Shown here one piece after another: positions 7,593 through 14,925 of a stretch of 32,000 nucleotides of DNA. Made by a program: the position numbers and the translations under genes. The DNA lies in assembly GCF_000007985.2 (NCBI RefSeq), contig NC_002939.5, positions 2,670,001 through 2,702,000 of the forward strand, given 5' to 3'. Under the pieces are notes generated by a model. The model was not told the DNA's origin and made no database searches. It saw nothing but the letters and a program-made list of their open reading frames with translations. The stretch comes from Geobacter sulfurreducens PCA. Lineage in GTDB: Bacteria; Desulfobacterota; Desulfuromonadia; Geobacterales; Geobacteraceae. Position 1 is the first letter of the stretch, and every line of letters starts with the position of its first letter.

Positions 7593-7620
7593 GCTTTCTT
7601 CCACCCAACTCATCATTAAA

Positions 7621-7646
7621 CGGTTCACGCACACGTGCGTGAACCG
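7621..7646. promoter_or_regulatory. Near-perfect 26-bp palindrome (12-bp arms) at the GC/AT boundary; terminator-like hairpin or operator
   Basis: cggttcacgcac-ac-gtgcgtgaaccg. On the minus strand it lies 60 nt downstream of the pdhA stop and is followed by TTTAAT. It ends about 29 nt upstream of the ATG at 7592. Confidence 0.5.
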
Positions 7647-7705
7647 CTCATCCCCCCGTATTGGAACAGATCAAACATGTCTCTGCGGCTAACAGTTTCT
7701 GCCCC

Positions 7706-8683
7706 TCACACATAAATATCCGAATAAACCTCATCATCCTCCGGCCACGGCGATTCTTCGGCAAATGCCACGGCGTCGGCCACGACGCCCCGGCATTTCT
7801 CCAGCACGGCGGCCAGTTCGGCTTCGGTGGCGATGCCTTCTTCCACGAGGCGTTTCTCGAAGTTCGGGATCGGGTCGCGGCTTTTCCAGAGCTCCACTTC
7901 GGCGGCGCTGCGGTACTTGCCGGGGTCGGCCATGGAGTGGCCCCGGAAGCGGTAGGTCATGGCTTCGATCAGGTAGGGCCGGCTGTGCTCCCGGACCCAC
8001 TCGGCGCCCCATTTGACGGCCTCGTGGACCGCCATGACGTCCATGCCGTCCACCCGCACGGAGGGGATGTCGTAGCCGCAGGTGCGTTTGTGGATGTCGG
8101 AGAGGGCCGAGGCCCGGGAGACGGCGGTGCCGATGCCGTAGAAGTTGTTCTCGCAGATGAAGAGGACCGGCAGCTCCCAGAGCCGGGCCCAGTTGAGGGA
8201 TTCGTGGAAGGTGCCCTGGTTGACGGCGCCGTCGCCGAAGAAGCAGGCGGAGATCCGTCCTTCCTTCCGGTATTTGGAGGCAAAGGCAAGCCCGACGGCG
8301 ATGGGGAACTGGCCGCCGACGATGGCGTATCCTCCCATGAAGGCGAGGCTCGGGTCGAAGAGGTGCATGGAGCCCCCCTTCCCCTTGCACATGCCGGTGG
8401 CCTTGCCGAAGAGTTCGGCCATGACCCGCCGCGGCTCGGCCCCCCGAACGATGGCCTGGGCGTGCTCCCGGTAGGCGGAGAGGATGTAGTCGTCCTTGCG
8501 CAGCGCCGCGGTTGCGCCCACCGCCACTGCCTCCTGGCCGCTGTAGAGGTGGAGGAAGCCGGTGATATGCCCCTTGGTGTACTGTTCGGCGCACGATTCC
8601 TCGAACTCGCGGGAGAGGACCATCTGTTCGTGCATCTTCAGCAGCTCGGAATCGGGAAGGATGGCGCGGAGCGTGGTTGCCAT
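7706..8683 (-). CDS. pdhA: 2-oxoacid (pyruvate/acetoin-type) dehydrogenase E1 component, alpha subunit (TPP-dependent)
   Basis: 325-aa ORF. The TPP-binding motif GDGA.NQG..HE.LN.A is present (FFGDGAVNQGTFHESLNWA), and YR..GHSM.DP matches the phospho-loop region of heterotetrameric E1-alpha. SD GAGGTGA lies upstream. The symbol is tentative. Confidence 0.88.
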   Translation of the reverse strand: MATTLRAILPDSELLKMHEQMVLSREFEESCAEQYTKGHITGFLHLYSGQEAVAVGATAALRKDDYILSAYREHAQAIVRGAEPRRVMAELFGKATGMCKGKGGSMHLFDPSLAFMGGYAIVGGQFPIAVGLAFASKYRKEGRISACFFGDGAVNQGTFHESLNWARLWELPVLFICENNFYGIGTAVSRASALSDIHKRTCGYDIPSVRVDGMDVMAVHEAVKWGAEWVREHSRPYLIEAMTYRFRGHSMADPGKYRSAAEVELWKSRDPIPNFEKRLVEEGIATEAELAAVLEKCRGVVADAVAFAEESPWPEDDEVYSDIYV

Positions 8684-8691
8684 GGGTCACC

Positions 8692-10524
8692 TCATGCGGT
8701 TTCGGTATTCAGGGTAAAGAAGAAACATGCCCCCCGGCCGGGCTCGGAGAAGGCCCAGACCCTGCCGCGGTGCCGGTGGATAATCCGCTGCACCGTGGCA
8801 AGGCCGACTCCGGTGCCGGTGAACTCGGCATCGGTGTGGAGTCTCTGGAAGGGGGTGAACAGTTTGCCTGCGTATGCGGCATCAAAGCCGGCCCCGTCGT
8901 CGCGGACGTAGTAGACGGTTTCCCCGCCCCCGGTGTCGACGCCGAACTCGATGTGGGCCACGTCTTTCCTGCCGGTGTATTTCCAGGCATTGTGCAGCAG
9001 GTTTTCGATGACGCTGCGGAGCAGGACCGGGTCTCCCTTGGCCCTGATCCCGTCGGCGATGGTCGCTTCCACGCGGCGATGGGGCTCGGCCTCTCGCATT
9101 TCAGCCATGATCTGCCGGGCGATTTCGCTCAGGTCGACCTGTTCGCACTGGAGCTCTTTGCGGCTTATCCGGGAAAGGTCCAGGAGCGAGTCGATCATCT
9201 CCTGCATCCGCCGGCAGGAGACCATGATCCGGGCGAGATAATCGCCCGCGCAGAGGCACTCCTTGGCCGCCAGTTCCTCGGTGAGTATCTCGACATAGCC
9301 GTTGATGTGCCTCACCGGCGCCCGCAGATCATGGGACACCGCGAAGGTGAACGATTCCAGCTCCCGGTTGGAGGCCTCCAGTTCGGCGGTACGGGCCTTC
9401 ACCCGTTGTTCCAGCCCGACGGTGAGTTGCTGGAGCGCCTCCTCGGCCCGCCGGCGGTCGGCCACCTGGCGCTCCAGCTCGGCAGTCCGCTCCCGGACCC
9501 GCTCCTCCAGCTGCTCGTTCAGGCGGGTAAGCTCTTGTTCCAGCCTTCGGCGCTCAGCCAGTTCACCCTGCAGTTCCGCGGTCCGCGCGTTCACTTTCCT
9601 CTTGAGCGTCAGGTTGATCGACACCGCCGCCACCAGCAGCACGCCCGCAACCGAAGCAACCATTCCCGCCACAAATGCCCTGCTCGGCCGCCAGGGCGGG
9701 GCCTTCACATAAATCCAGCGCCCGATGAGGGCACTCTTTTCATCCTCGCTCAATGCCGCGAGCCCCTTATTGAGGATCTGCCGCATCATGGGCCAGTCCT
9801 TGCGGATGCCGATCCCCCAGCGGTACATGAAATCGGTGTTCCCCACGAGCCGGAGGTTGGTGATCCCAGCCTCCTGGAGATAAAAGGTGGCGTTGGCCAT
9901 GTTTTCCACGTAGACGTCCACCATCCCCAGGGATGCCTTGGCCAGCCCCGTGGAGACGTCCGGCACGATATCCAGGCTTATCTGCGGATAGGTGTTACGC
10001 AGGTAGTCGTGGGCCATGTAGTTGGAAACCACGGCCACCTTCAGCCCCTGCAGATCCTTGATGGCAAGGGGCTTGCCGAACTCCCTGGCCGAGAAGATCC
10101 CGCCGGGGACCACCACCAGGGGATCGCTGAACAGCATGTACCGTTCCCGGTCCGGTGTGGCGGCCACCGCCCCGAGCAGGTCCACCTCGTGCCGTTTGAA
10201 GGCATCCATGACCTCGTCCCAGTTCCGCAGGTGAACGATGGTGATGGTGATGCCGAGCTTTTTTTCCAGGGCGTGGATGTGGTCGGCCGCTGCCCCGCGG
10301 TAGACGCCGTTTTCGTCAAAATACTCGATGGGTTTGAAGTCGGGGTCCGGGGCGAGCTTGATGACCGGATGGGCGTTGAGCCACGCCCGCTCCTCGGGGG
10401 TCAGGGACACGGCGCCGGATTCGGCGCGGGAGCCTCCGGTGGCTGCGAGGATGACAACGAGCGCCAGAATCAGCGCGGACGCGGACAGAATCGACAGGCG
10501 ACTGGCATATCCGCGTCCGGCCAT
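8692..10524 (-). CDS. Sensor histidine kinase with a periplasmic family-3 solute-binding (SBP_bac_3) sensor domain
   Basis: 610-aa ORF. It has a signal/TM segment, an amino-acid-binding-protein-like domain (KLAPDPDFKPIEYFDENG.., GIGIRKDW), a second TM, and a coiled coil with three RTAELE repeats. The H-box is FAVSHDLRAP, and the HATPase has N/G boxes (NLLHNAWKY, DDGAGFD, GTGVGLA). No receiver domain or response-regulator gene is nearby. Confidence 0.88.
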   Translation of the reverse strand: MAGRGYASRLSILSASALILALVVILAATGGSRAESGAVSLTPEERAWLNAHPVIKLAPDPDFKPIEYFDENGVYRGAAADHIHALEKKLGITITIVHLRNWDEVMDAFKRHEVDLLGAVAATPDRERYMLFSDPLVVVPGGIFSAREFGKPLAIKDLQGLKVAVVSNYMAHDYLRNTYPQISLDIVPDVSTGLAKASLGMVDVYVENMANATFYLQEAGITNLRLVGNTDFMYRWGIGIRKDWPMMRQILNKGLAALSEDEKSALIGRWIYVKAPPWRPSRAFVAGMVASVAGVLLVAAVSINLTLKRKVNARTAELQGELAERRRLEQELTRLNEQLEERVRERTAELERQVADRRRAEEALQQLTVGLEQRVKARTAELEASNRELESFTFAVSHDLRAPVRHINGYVEILTEELAAKECLCAGDYLARIMVSCRRMQEMIDSLLDLSRISRKELQCEQVDLSEIARQIMAEMREAEPHRRVEATIADGIRAKGDPVLLRSVIENLLHNAWKYTGRKDVAHIEFGVDTGGGETVYYVRDDGAGFDAAYAGKLFTPFQRLHTDAEFTGTGVGLATVQRIIHRHRGRVWAFSEPGRGACFFFTLNTETA

Positions 10525-10526
10525 GG

Positions 10527-12464
10527 TCAGGCGCTCCGTTTCACGTAGTTCAACGTCCCGCCGGCCAGCAGTTCCTGCCGCTGCCGGTCCGAGACGTCCA
10601 GCAGGGTGACGATTTCCTTCCCGCCCACCCGCACCGGGATCTCCACGGCTCCGGAGGCCACGAGCCGCCGCACGTCGGGGAACTCCAGCCGGTCCCCCTG
10701 CTTCAGGAGGTCATAGTCGGCGGGATTCTTGAACGTGAGCGGCAGGATGCCGAAGTTGACCAGATTGGCCTTGTGGATCCGCGCAAAGCTTTTGACGATC
10801 TTGGCCCGGATGCCCAGGTAGCGGGGAGCCAGGGCCGCGTGCTCACGGCTCGATCCCTGGCCGTAGTTCTCGCCGCCGATGACCACGCCGGTCCCCTTCT
10901 CCCTGGCCCGCTTGTGGAAGTCGGGGTCCAGTTGCTCGAACACGAACTGGCTGATGGCCGGGACGTTGCTCCGGTAGGGAAGCACCTTGTTGCCGGCGGG
11001 CATGATGGTGTCAGTGGAGATGTTGTCCCCCACCATGAAGATGACCTCGGCCTCCAGGGTCTCCGGCAGCGGGTCAAAGTCGGGAAACGGGACGATGTTG
11101 GGGCCGGTGACGATCTCCACCTGCTTCGCCTCCTCGGGCGGCAGGGGGAAGATGATGCTGGAGTCGTCCAGCACGTACTTCTCCGGGTTCCGGACGTTGG
11201 GCCATGCCATGAGATCGCCGAGTTTCCGGGGATCGGTGACCACGCCGAAGATTCCGGCGGCGGCTGCCGTTTCGGGGGAGCAGAGATAGACCTTGTCATT
11301 CTTCGTTCCGCTGCGGCCGGGAAAGTTGCGGGGGAAGGTGCGCAGACTTACCTGGTCGGTGCCCGGCGCCTGCCCCATGCCAATGCAGCCGAGGCAGCCG
11401 GGCTGGTGGATCTGGGCCCCGGCCAGGAGGAGCATCATGATTCCGCCTTGATCGGCCACGTTCTCCAACACCTGGCGGCTGCCCGGATTCACGTTGAAGG
11501 AGACGTGGGAGGCCACGCGGCGCCCGTCCAGGATGCGGCAGACGGTCATCAGGTCCCGGAAGGCGGAGTTGGCGGAACTCCCCACGAGCACCTGATCCAC
11601 CTTGAGCCCTTCGATGTCGGCCACCCGCACCACGTTGTCCGGAGACGAGGGGCAGGCGATGAGGGGCTCCACCGTGGCGAGATCGATTTCCTCGTACTCG
11701 TCGTAGGTGGCGTCCGGGTCGGCGGCAAGCTCCTGCCATACCTCGCCGCGCCCCTGGGCCTCCAGGAACTCGCGGGTCCGGTGGTCCGAGGGGAAGAGGG
11801 AGGTGGTGGCTCCCAGCTCCGCCCCCATGTTGCCGATGATGGCGCGGTCCGTTGCCGAGAGGGTCGCCACGCCGGGGCCGTAGTACTCGATGATCTTGCC
11901 CACGCCCCCCTTCACGGTGTGGCGCCGGAGCATCTCCAGGATCACGTCCTTGGCCGAAACCCAGGGCTGGAGCTGTCCCGTGAGCTTCACTCCCCAGATC
12001 TTCGGGCAGGGGAGGTGGAACGGGTGCCCCGCCATGGCCAGGGAGACGTCGAGTCCGCCGGCGCCAATGGCGATCATGGAGAGCCCGGCGGCGGAGGTGG
12101 TGTGGGAGTCGGCTCCCAGCATGGTCCGGCCCGGCACGCCGAAGCGCTCCAGGTGGACCTGGTGGGAGACCCCGTTCCCCGGCTTGGACAGATGGACGCC
12201 GAACCGTTGGGCCGCGGTCATGAGGAAGACGTGGTCGTCGGCGTTGCGGTTGTCGGTCTGGAGCAGGTTGTGGTCGATGTACTGGGCCGCCAGCTCCACC
12301 TTCACCCGGTCCACCCCCATGGCGATGAACTCCAGCATGGCCATGGTGCCGGTGGCGTCCTGGAGGAGCGCATGGTCGATCTTCAGGGCGATCTCGGTGC
12401 CCGGCGTCAGTTCGCCCTTCACGAGGTGCGCTTCGAGGATTTTGGTTGCGAGGTTCTTGCCCAT
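10527..12464 (-). CDS. Aconitate hydratase (645-aa aconitase-family protein)
   Basis: I place the start at ATG 12464 (MGKNLATKILEAHL..), preceded by a perfect AAGGAG. The track's 764-aa form overlaps lpdA. Aconitase catalytic-domain signatures are present (GADSHT, CLGCIG Fe-S ligands), as is the swivel domain (GENYGQGSSREHAA). Confidence 0.88.
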   Translation of the reverse strand: MGKNLATKILEAHLVKGELTPGTEIALKIDHALLQDATGTMAMLEFIAMGVDRVKVELAAQYIDHNLLQTDNRNADDHVFLMTAAQRFGVHLSKPGNGVSHQVHLERFGVPGRTMLGADSHTTSAAGLSMIAIGAGGLDVSLAMAGHPFHLPCPKIWGVKLTGQLQPWVSAKDVILEMLRRHTVKGGVGKIIEYYGPGVATLSATDRAIIGNMGAELGATTSLFPSDHRTREFLEAQGRGEVWQELAADPDATYDEYEEIDLATVEPLIACPSSPDNVVRVADIEGLKVDQVLVGSSANSAFRDLMTVCRILDGRRVASHVSFNVNPGSRQVLENVADQGGIMMLLLAGAQIHQPGCLGCIGMGQAPGTDQVSLRTFPRNFPGRSGTKNDKVYLCSPETAAAAGIFGVVTDPRKLGDLMAWPNVRNPEKYVLDDSSIIFPLPPEEAKQVEIVTGPNIVPFPDFDPLPETLEAEVIFMVGDNISTDTIMPAGNKVLPYRSNVPAISQFVFEQLDPDFHKRAREKGTGVVIGGENYGQGSSREHAALAPRYLGIRAKIVKSFARIHKANLVNFGILPLTFKNPADYDLLKQGDRLEFPDVRRLVASGAVEIPVRVGGKEIVTLLDVSDRQRQELLAGGTLNYVKRSA

Positions 12465-12478
12465 GGGGATCTCCTTAG

Positions 12479-13897
12479 TTACGCATGTATCGCCCGTTTC
12501 TCCACGTCCAGGGCCGCTTCCTTCATGGCCTCGGCGAGGGTCGGGTGGGCGTGGAAGGTCATGGCGATGTCGGCGGCGCTGCCACCGTAGGTCATGACGG
12601 TGACCGCCTCGGCAATGAGGTCCGAGGCGCGGGGGCCGACCACATGGATGCCCAGGACCCGGCCCGTGTCGGGCTTGGCCAGGATCTTCACGAATCCTTC
12701 GGTTTCCCCCATGCAGCGTGCCCGACCGTTGGCCATGAAATTGAACCGGCCCGCGGCATAGGGAATCCCCTGTTCCTTGAGCTGCTCTTCGGTCAGGCCG
12801 ACGCCGGCCGCCTCGGGCCACGTATACACGATACCAGGGATGTATTCGTAGTCCACGACCGACGCCTCGCCGGTCAGGCGCTCGGCGAAGACTTCCCCCT
12901 CGGCCATGGCCTTGTGGGCGAGCATGGGTCCGTGGATCAGGTCGCCGATGGCGTAGATCCCCGGGGCCGAGGTCAGGTAGTTGTCGTCCACCCGGATGCG
13001 CCCCCCCTCCATGGCGAGATTGAAGGGTTCGAGGCCGAGCCCGGCCATGACGGGGCGGCGGCCGGCGGCCACCAGGACCCGGTCGCAGGCGATGGCGTCG
13101 CGCCCGCCGGCGGACGATTCCACCGTGACCACGGCCGTGCCCTCCCGCTTCTCGATGCCGGTCACCCGTGTCTCCATGCGGAAGGAGATCCCCTGCTTCT
13201 TCAGGGAGCGCACCAGAGCGTCGGCCACCTGGCCGTCGGTGGCGGGGAGCGGCTTGGCCAGCACCTCCACCACGGTCACCTGGCTGCCGAGCCGGCGCCA
13301 GACCGACCCCAGCTCCAGCCCGATGTAGCCGGCCCCCACCACCAGCAGATGCTCCGGCACCCGGTCGAAGGCCAGGGCTTCCCGGGCGGAGACCACGGTC
13401 TCCCCGTCAAAGGCGAGGCCCGGTACCGGCACCGCCTCGCTGCCGGTGGCAAGGAGCACCTTGCCGGCCTCCAGCAGGTGCGCGGGCGCCGTCCCGTTGC
13501 CGCCCACCTCCACCCGCAGGAGATCGCCGTTTCTGCCCGCCAGGCGAGCCGTCCCCTTCAGCCAGGTTATCCGGTTCTTCTTGAAGAGGTAGGCGATGCC
13601 GTCGGTGAGCTTTTTCACCACATCGTCCTTGCGGGCCATCATCCGCGCCAGGTCGAGCCGCGGAGGGTCAATCAGGATGCCGTGGCCGGCAAAGCCGTCC
13701 CGGGCCTGGGCAAAGAACTCCGATGAGTCCAGGAGCGCCTTGCTGGGGATGCACCCCTCGTTGAGGCAGACCCCGCCGAGGGTTTCGCGCTGTTCCGCCA
13801 CCGCCACGGTCATGCCAAGCTGGGCAGCCCTGATGGCGGCCACGTAGCCGCCGGGTCCGGCGCCGATGACGATAAGGTCGAAGGTTTGCTCAGCCAT
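12479..13897 (-). CDS. lpdA: Dihydrolipoyl dehydrogenase (E3)
   Basis: 472-aa ORF with FAD motif GAGPGGY, redox-active disulfide GGVCLNEGCIPSK, NAD motif GAGYIGLE and the C-terminal HAHPT.. dimerisation/His-Glu motif. Confidence 0.93.
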   Translation of the reverse strand: MAEQTFDLIVIGAGPGGYVAAIRAAQLGMTVAVAEQRETLGGVCLNEGCIPSKALLDSSEFFAQARDGFAGHGILIDPPRLDLARMMARKDDVVKKLTDGIAYLFKKNRITWLKGTARLAGRNGDLLRVEVGGNGTAPAHLLEAGKVLLATGSEAVPVPGLAFDGETVVSAREALAFDRVPEHLLVVGAGYIGLELGSVWRRLGSQVTVVEVLAKPLPATDGQVADALVRSLKKQGISFRMETRVTGIEKREGTAVVTVESSAGGRDAIACDRVLVAAGRRPVMAGLGLEPFNLAMEGGRIRVDDNYLTSAPGIYAIGDLIHGPMLAHKAMAEGEVFAERLTGEASVVDYEYIPGIVYTWPEAAGVGLTEEQLKEQGIPYAAGRFNFMANGRARCMGETEGFVKILAKPDTGRVLGIHVVGPRASDLIAEAVTVMTYGGSAADIAMTFHAHPTLAEAMKEAALDVEKRAIHA

Positions 13898-14156
13898 GGG
13901 AAATCCTCCCGGAGAGAAGTAGAGTTATCCTGAAAAAAGCCGTTACCCACAGAGGTCGCAGAGGTCAAAAAGGAAAACCTGTTATTGTTTCAACCATTTC
14001 AGAAACTCGCCATTACAGATCCTGATCAGCACCCCACGCCGCCATGGCGGCCTGTCAACAGGCACGTGGCCCCCCCTCAATCCCCCCTACGTTGTAGGGG
14101 GGAAGCGAGCAGCGCGAGCAGGGGGGTGAACAGCCGAGACTTGAGCCACAGCCCGG

Positions 14157-14915
14157 CTACTTACCCGGCCGGTAGATGATCTCGAAGCTCCCCCCCTGCA
14201 GATGATTCCAGAGTTTCTCGTCGGTCGTGGTCCGGTAGGGGTCACCGGTGTTTCCCAGCCCGGGCATGGAGAACTTGAGGCTGAACTCGCCCTGGTCCAG
14301 GACTACCCCCTTGCCTTCGAGGCGCGCCCCCGTGGTGCCCGCCTCCGGCCGGGGAGCGGGAACGGGAGAGGAGATGGTCGGCTCCAGGGAGCGGATTTCC
14401 GTCGGCCGGCCCTGGAAGGCGACCAGCTCCTGGAGCACGTCCCGGGCGCCCTCGTTCCCCTGGCGGGATGCCTTGCCCAACCACTCGATGGCCCGCACCT
14501 TGTCCACGGGCACGCCGTCACCGGAGAGAAGGACCATGCCGTACGCGTACTGGGCCTCGGCATCGCCCCCCGCGGCCGCCTTGCCGATCCAGCGGGCCGC
14601 GGCCGAGGTGTCGCGCTTGACCCCGGTCCCCTCGTGGTAGAAGGTGCCCAGATAGTACTGGGCCCGCACGTGGCCGCGCTCGGCCGCCATTTTCATGTAC
14701 CGCGCCGCCTCTGTCGGCTTGCGCGGGGCGCCGCTGCCGTCCAGGTGCATCAGCGCAAGCCTGAAGGCCGCTTTGGCATCCCCCCGCCGGGCCGCGGCCT
14801 GGGTGGCGGCATACCCGTTGGCGGCCTTTGCGCCCTTTGCCGTACGGGAAGCGGCCGGCACCGGCGCAACCGCCAGCAGCGACAGGGCCAGTGCCGTCAC
14901 GACCCGGCACACCAT
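14157..14915 (-). CDS. Exported Sel1-repeat (SLR/TPR-like) protein
   Basis: I prefer ATG 14915 (MVCRVVTALALSLLAVAPVPAAS, signal-peptide-like), 10 nt after the sucB stop. The track start at 14963 would overlap sucB. At least three Sel1 repeats are present (A...Y.KAAE.G...AQY.LG..Y..G.GV..D...A..W..KAA). Confidence 0.75.
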   Translation of the reverse strand: MVCRVVTALALSLLAVAPVPAASRTAKGAKAANGYAATQAAARRGDAKAAFRLALMHLDGSGAPRKPTEAARYMKMAAERGHVRAQYYLGTFYHEGTGVKRDTSAAARWIGKAAAGGDAEAQYAYGMVLLSGDGVPVDKVRAIEWLGKASRQGNEGARDVLQELVAFQGRPTEIRSLEPTISSPVPAPRPEAGTTGARLEGKGVVLDQGEFSLKFSMPGLGNTGDPYRTTTDEKLWNHLQGGSFEIIYRPGK

Positions 14916-14925
14916 GACCGCAACC

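Larger units (their letters stand above)
5800..7620. other. AT-rich islet, putatively horizontally acquired, carrying the RSH-like gene and its membrane partner
   Basis: Hand counts: 6481-6540 has 21/60 G+C and 6541-6600 has 16/60 G+C, versus 40/60 for 8041-8100. Codon usage is AT3-rich (AAA, AAT, TTA, ATA), unlike all neighbours. No integrase, transposase or tRNA lies at the borders. Confidence 0.8.

Noticed and set aside
5905-7632. Possible direct repeats flanking the AT-rich islet (cgattcacg near 5907 versus cggttcacg at 7621) as att-like target duplications.
   Set aside because: Only 8 of 9 nt match over a very short length, and the right-hand copy is part of a palindrome. No integrase or tRNA is nearby. 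The evidence is insufficient to call insertion-site duplications.
12465-12821. N-terminal 119-aa extension of the aconitase ORF (764-aa version in the track).
   Set aside because: It overlaps the 3' end of lpdA in another frame and is an Arg/Gly/Pro-rich nonsense-like sequence. An internal ATG at 12464 has a perfect AAGGAG SD and begins the conserved aconitase N-terminus.
13960-14010. Sigma54-type promoter (TGGC-N-..TGAAA on the minus strand) upstream of lpdA.
   Set aside because: The -12 element does not match TTGC(A/T), and the spacing is only approximate.
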